Assembly: GCA_903831815.1 (NCBI GenBank)
Contig: CAIKZC010000003.1
Coordinates: 1-47,926, forward strand
Source of the DNA: an uncultured bacterium
GTDB taxonomy: Bacteria > Patescibacteriota > Minisyncoccia > Phycocordibacterales > UBA11359
Length of the DNA stretch: 47,926 nt
Direction: 5' to 3'
Part shown: piece after piece, positions 44,501-47,926 of the stretch
Position numbering within the stretch: the first letter of the stretch is position 1
Layout of the letters: every line of letters begins with the position of its first letter
The notes under the pieces: generated by a model
The model's input: only the letters and a program-made list of their open reading frames with translations
Databases searched by the model: none
What the model was told of the DNA's origin: nothing
Translations under genes and position numbers: made by a program

Positions 44501-47500
44501 GGCAATATCGATGGTCTCCCGGTGGGTTGGCCAAGCGTCATTACTTTTACGCCTCCGGTCGCTTCCGGTTTGCCGCCGCAGACTTTGACATGGAATCCTG
44601 CCTATGAGGAATGGCTGACACCAGGCTTATGTGACAATCCTGAGGACTGGAATTATATTAATCCGGGATTTGAGGCATGGGTTGATGGAACTAGTTTTGA
44701 ATTAGTTGATGTTTCTGTCGAGGGAGACAACAATTATATTATTAAGTTATTCAGTCCTTCCTTTAGTAATATGTCCGGTAACTATACTATTCAGAAAGAT
44801 AATTTTAACTGGGGTGCTACTGGGATGAAAATTGAGGGCACCGGATATTCAGACAAATATGTTGCCAACGTAACTTTCAACAATGATAGTGATAATTATC
44901 AAAATATCGTGGGAGCCAACGTAACTTTTAATGACTCAAGTCATAACGGTGAAGGCAATATTTCTTATTCGAATATATTCTTTCGTGACAACAGCTTCAA
45001 CTCTAATGATATTAGTAACAATAATATTGATGTATACTATCCCGCAGTCAAACCTCTCGGTGGTATTATAATAGGCACTGTCCGTTACCACGGCTATCCA
45101 GGTTTCTATTTCAATGACCAAGCTGTCGGTGCCGCAGGGGACGGTGATTGGAACAATCCTCTCAATTGGTGGTCAGATGATGCTTTCATAACTCCGGCAG
45201 GTGGTATACCAACCGCTAGCGATGAAGTGTATGTGTATAGTAACGTCTCTACAAGTACCGGTATTACAGCGGCTGAAGCTCAAACTGTCACTTTTGAAAA
45301 CGGAACTAGAAATAATATTTCTATTATCACCCCGAATGGTGCTGTTTTCAATGCCACTTCAACTAACAATGGTGATATTACAGGCGATACCACTTTCACT
45401 GATGACGCCTCGAATAATAATGGAACAATAAATAGTACGCTGTGGACAATAGGTAAGGGTCCTGGAAATAGTATTGGATCTGTTGCTTCGAATGCCGCCG
45501 GAGACAGATTGGTTGCCACTGAGGACTATAATGGTTCCATTTGGACTTCTTCGAACTACGGTCTTGATTGGACCGAGGCCACAGGTACTAGCGGACATGT
45601 ATGGGGATCCGTTGCTTCGAATGCTGCCGGAAACAGATTAGTTGCCATAAATAAAGACAACGGTAGATCTATATGGTCATACTCAGATGCTTCCGGTATT
45701 TGGACAGAATTACCAGATACCAGAGGATTATTATGGTCATCAATTGCTTCAAATGCCGCCGGAGACAGGCTGGTTGCAGCTACTCAGCCTGGCAGTATCT
45801 GGGAATATTCAGATTCGACTGGTATTTGGACTGAAATGCCAGGTACAAGCGGACACAATTGGAATTCAATAACTTCAAACGCCGCCGGAGATCGATTGGC
45901 TGCTACAGCTTTTGATTCCATTTGGAAATATTCAGATGATACTGGTATTTGGGAAAGAATGTCTAGTCAAAATGCATTAGGATATTTGACATCTATTACA
46001 TCAAATTCCGTAGGAGATAGATTCGCTGCTGCAGATTTTTCTCATCGAACTATTTTTACATATTCTGATTCAGATGGGATGTGGAAACAAATACCTGGTG
46101 CTAATGGGAAAGATTGGGTCTCAATCGCTTCAAATGCCATCGGAGATAGATTAATTGCAGGAGCATCTTACGGTTTTATTTGGACTTCTTCAGATTATGG
46201 CGTTCATTGGACAAGAGCTTCTGGATTGGGTCCAGGTTACTGGTATTCGGTTGCTTCAAATGCAGCGGGAGATCGCTTGGTTGCAGAGGATGATAACAGT
46301 GGGGTATGGGTACATGAATTAAACGACAACTCCGGCCCCGTCACCCGTCTCTTCACCACTTCAGTCGCAACGGTAAGAAACTTCCTCACGGAAGGAGGAC
46401 GCAACAACTGGATAGTCATTGCTCAAAACGCCGTCGTCGATCTCACCAACGCCATCTACTCAAGAGTCACCAACATCTTTAAAGCACTTGGCAATGGTTG
46501 GTTCATCACTAACCCAACAATTGACAACGGCGCCTCAGTCACTCCGCAAATCACCATCACAAGTCCTACCGAAGGCACAGTGACTAAATGGCTACCTAAT
46601 ATCAACTGGGACACTGGCACCAGCACTTGCGAATACAAGCTAGACGACGCCAACTACACTCCACTCGATTGCACCAAGAACGGCTCTGACATTCCGAAAC
46701 CAACTGTCGGCTCACACATCCTCTTCATTCAAGGTATTGACTCTCTCGGCAACGCCACCGAAAAAACCGTTTCCTTCACATATGACAACACAGTGCCAAC
46801 CTACACTCTCTGCGGTACTGATCTACTCGACGAACCAACTCGTCCATACTACTACCTACAATCCAATATCACCGGCAACTGTTCTGCTACCTACAACAAC
46901 GCTTCTCTTCACGGCAACATCTCCGCAACTGGCACACCATATACTCTAACCGGCAACGTCTCTGCTCCAGGCCTTAATCTCTCACTAAGCAACATCATTG
47001 TTACCGGTTCAGTTTCTTCTTCTAAACTAAATACTCCAGGAACCAATGCCGGTAACCTCAACATCACATACTCCACAATCACTTCCATTACCGCAGACGG
47101 ATCCAATGGCAACAGTACTCTAAACGGCGGTAACGGCGGCAACATCACGATCGCAACCTCTACCACAGGCACTGTCTCTTCTAACGGTGGTGATCCACAA
47201 CACAACGGTGGAAATGGTGGAAGCATCACACTCATCAACACCAAGTCTATCTCTGACAACACACCGGTCAGTGCACAAGGTGGTGACTCGACTGGTTGCG
47301 GCTACGGCGGCTCCGGTGGTGACGTCATTCTTATCAATTCTTCGAGTTACATCATCCAAAACAACAAGGGAGCTGATCACGTCACCGGTTCATGCTCTCC
47401 AAGTGGACACGGTGGTCAAAACGGTACAAGTCACATTACCGGTACCTACACTCCACCCGGATATACACCTCCATCTACCCCTCGCGTTCCTTCTTCCAAC

Positions 47501-47926
47501 AACGGCGCCTCATATGCCAGCCCATTCTACTTCGGCTCCTCAACCTCTCTCATCCTTCCGGTTGCTAACGTCAAACCCCTCTCCCTTACCACACTCCCAA
47601 TCTTCAACGGCACTGGCATCAACGCCTTCTCATTTGATACCGCTATCAGAAACTTCATCTTCGCTCCAATCTCTTCCACTCTCACCAAATACCTTGGCAA
47701 ACAACTTTCTACCTATTTCACTAACCTCGGCCTCATCACTACCCAAGATCTCTTCAACACTCGCACCACACCACTTCCTCTCACTATCCCAGAGAAGAAA
47801 TCTGACATCCCAGACGGTTTACTTATGCTCTCCATCAACGGCACCTCAATCCCTACCACCGCCTCCTACGACAGCGCACACCTTCTAATCGAGAAAGCTT
47901 CCGTCCCATTTGGCTCACTCCTTACC
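41549..47926 (+). CDS. Giant secreted surface protein, 5' part only (>2126 codons, open at window end); not present in the supplied ORF track
   Basis: I translated frame 2 by hand from ATG 41549 to 47926 (6378 nt = 2126 codons) and found no in-frame stop. I re-checked the frame at more than 30 line boundaries. Signal peptide MNLFKTTKRLFLGMTLIIPLLFLANTVYA-DG. FND(S/D)S.N repeats, two blocks of seven Asp-box-like blades, and a Gly/Asn-rich C-terminal region are present. Confidence 0.88.
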   Translation, partial: MNLFKTTKRLFLGMTLIIPLLFLANTVYADGVILPDESGTTTITTCGELAYPGIYILDDSTNSFDATGPCFTISSPGVIIQSSELALEGDINADATTTPGQNGFSFTVASTTLDGVITSNGGTGGAFGTTTFSGDAALGGIVYGNAAFNDQSHFVDQGYNYGNVMYNAIFNTNYYDPIIPSNGTFNISIHNWLAYVWGTTYGADNQPINDYVFSGTIYNGGYAPGNITFNDDTVNQMSVYGLPPGWPSVITFTPPAASGLPPQVLTWDPAFGEWLTPNEIDNSNDWNYINDGFEAFIGGEYFEIYHTLASNGNRDWDLSTNFTSFDQLTSSLWSVSADDANWGSDGMQWQGTEYSIKDVFNVTFNDYSSNRAFNQGSTIFNDSSTNQANLVGDVTFNSSVVNRSYIYGHATFNDSSHNANNGHIIGTATFNDSSYNQGQINGTTTFNPTVSNWTKVLGMDSNQWQSIASNATGDKLAAVNDRGDGSIWMSSDYGATWTEATTSISGSYYWYSITSNVAGDRLVAIDDNDGGSIWAYSTSTGVWIIVPDTAMEGGWTSIASNATGDRLVASEYNGGSIWTSSDWGAHWNKANNTDNNGDSEWNYVASNAAGDRLVAVDYNRSIWTSDNFGDSWKEITGVNGFNWYSITSNVVGDKLAAVEYDGSIWTSSNYGDVWTKVPNTVAQGGWTSIASNSTGDKLVAVQDDGNGVGSIWTSSDYGAHWEKNSGTPGRWTSIVSNAAGDRLTAGTFSDYRNNGSIWTHVDGQTPTYSQKSYNTGTISGDAIFTSPVYSYNSHFGDGGFNPQNGTVSGNTYFTPTGTSTITFNIGTLGQDDTCGGSACSWTSDLSDFNFGTSSMIFNFYGNSYNGGSATGTANFFDDSYNGDQYGNCVYGNAFFNDRSYNAEKGVVVNDSTFKTTYYSTTTPANGTFNISLNDFGGYLYGTIYGSDGQPITNYIFSGDIENRATIGNISNGDNFIFNDNSVNHGNIDGLPVGWPSVITFTPPVASGLPPQTLTWNPAYEEWLTPGLCDNPEDWNYINPGFEAWVDGTSFELVDVSVEGDNNYIIKLFSPSFSNMSGNYTIQKDNFNWGATGMKIEGTGYSDKYVANVTFNNDSDNYQNIVGANVTFNDSSHNGEGNISYSNIFFRDNSFNSNDISNNNIDVYYPAVKPLGGIIIGTVRYHGYPGFYFNDQAVGAAGDGDWNNPLNWWSDDAFITPAGGIPTASDEVYVYSNVSTSTGITAAEAQTVTFENGTRNNISIITPNGAVFNATSTNNGDITGDTTFTDDASNNNGTINSTLWTIGKGPGNSIGSVASNAAGDRLVATEDYNGSIWTSSNYGLDWTEATGTSGHVWGSVASNAAGNRLVAINKDNGRSIWSYSDASGIWTELPDTRGLLWSSIASNAAGDRLVAATQPGSIWEYSDSTGIWTEMPGTSGHNWNSITSNAAGDRLAATAFDSIWKYSDDTGIWERMSSQNALGYLTSITSNSVGDRFAAADFSHRTIFTYSDSDGMWKQIPGANGKDWVSIASNAIGDRLIAGASYGFIWTSSDYGVHWTRASGLGPGYWYSVASNAAGDRLVAEDDNSGVWVHELNDNSGPVTRLFTTSVATVRNFLTEGGRNNWIVIAQNAVVDLTNAIYSRVTNIFKALGNGWFITNPTIDNGASVTPQITITSPTEGTVTKWLPNINWDTGTSTCEYKLDDANYTPLDCTKNGSDIPKPTVGSHILFIQGIDSLGNATEKTVSFTYDNTVPTYTLCGTDLLDEPTRPYYYLQSNITGNCSATYNNASLHGNISATGTPYTLTGNVSAPGLNLSLSNIIVTGSVSSSKLNTPGTNAGNLNITYSTITSITADGSNGNSTLNGGNGGNITIATSTTGTVSSNGGDPQHNGGNGGSITLINTKSISDNTPVSAQGGDSTGCGYGGSGGDVILINSSSYIIQNNKGADHVTGSCSPSGHGGQNGTSHITGTYTPPGYTPPSTPRVPSSNNGASYASPFYFGSSTSLILPVANVKPLSLTTLPIFNGTGINAFSFDTAIRNFIFAPISSTLTKYLGKQLSTYFTNLGLITTQDLFNTRTTPLPLTIPEKKSDIPDGLLMLSINGTSIPTTASYDSAHLLIEKASVPFGSLLT
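42930..43835 (+). repeat. Seven tandem Asp-box/BNR-like beta-propeller blades (propeller 1)
   Basis: Seven repeats of W.SI(A/T)SN..GD(K/R)L.A...(G)SIW(T)S.(D/N).G..W, e.g. SSDYGATW, SSDWGAHW, SDNFGDSW, SSNYGDVW, SSDYGAHW. Confidence 0.7.
45467..46320 (+). repeat. Seven tandem Asp-box/BNR-like beta-propeller blades (propeller 2)
   Basis: Seven repeats of the same consensus, e.g. SVASNAAGDRLVAT...SIWTSSNYGLDW, SIASNAAGDRLVAA...SIWEYSDSTGIW, SIASNAIGDRLIAG...IWTSSDYGVHW. Confidence 0.7.

Larger units (their letters stand above)
41968..46330 (+). repeat. Intragenic tandem duplication of a ~2.2-kb module (module 1 ~41968-44206, module 2 ~44207-46330)
   Basis: Collinear protein matches ~743 codons apart. 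Examples: NGTFNISIHNW.../NGTFNISLNDF...; YGADNQPINDYVFSG/YGSDGQPITNYIFSG. GLPPGWPSVITFTPPAASGLPPQVLTWDPAFGEWLTP (42271...) matches GLPVGWPSVITFTPPVASGLPPQTLTWNPAYEEWLTP (44512...). Confidence 0.7.

Noticed and set aside
41755-47888. All track ORFs in the last 6 kb, notably 47187..47888(+) 233 aa Ser/Pro/Leu/Thr-rich
   Set aside because: All are out of frame or antisense relative to the continuous 2126-codon frame starting at 41549. Their compositions are typical of alternative frames of a C-rich coding strand.

Overview
Low-GC (about 38-42% from hand counts of a few lines), tightly packed bacterial segment. I infer a Candidate Phyla Radiation / Patescibacteria (Parcubacteria-like) origin from the intron-bearing 23S rRNA, odd rRNA/tRNA layout, mostly Shine-Dalgarno-less genes, cupin-type PGI and giant surface proteins. 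Standard genetic code (TGA is a stop in ATGA gene overlaps). Order of content: 3' part of 23S rRNA split by a 297-nt ORF-less group I intron at the peptidyl-transferase-centre site; two abutting atypical tRNA-like genes; 5S rRNA; a palindromic structured element; tRNA-Ile; pyk; tRNA-Leu; murD-murC; a small membrane protein plus a TraD/VirD4-like ATPase. Next is a ~16-kb surface-glycopolymer locus (8.0-24.5 kb). Its minus-strand part encodes glycosyltransferases, an FkbM methyltransferase, WecB, a TagF-like/toroid/methyltransferase fusion, a Bcs1-like CDP-ribitol synthase and a TagGH/Wzm-Wzt-like ABC exporter; a divergent O-antigen-ligase-like TPR protein sits on the plus strand. Then: murB preceded by a candidate small RNA complementary to the murB leader; secA; lysS; a PLD/cardiolipin-synthase-like gene; and a ~0.75-kb GC-rich island. 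That island carries a consensus promoter, structured leader, strong SD, an orphan gene frameshifted at a G5 run, and a terminator. Finally: a GT28-like gene, cupin PGI, eno, a 1085-aa CARDB-repeat secreted protein, gpmI, and two small membrane proteins. Last comes a giant secreted ORF (41549 to beyond the window end, >2126 codons) that is absent from the supplied ORF track because it has no stop inside the window. It contains a ~2.2-kb internal tandem duplication, two seven-bladed Asp-box propellers and a mosaic codon usage. No CRISPR array, transposase, integrase or reverse transcriptase was seen.
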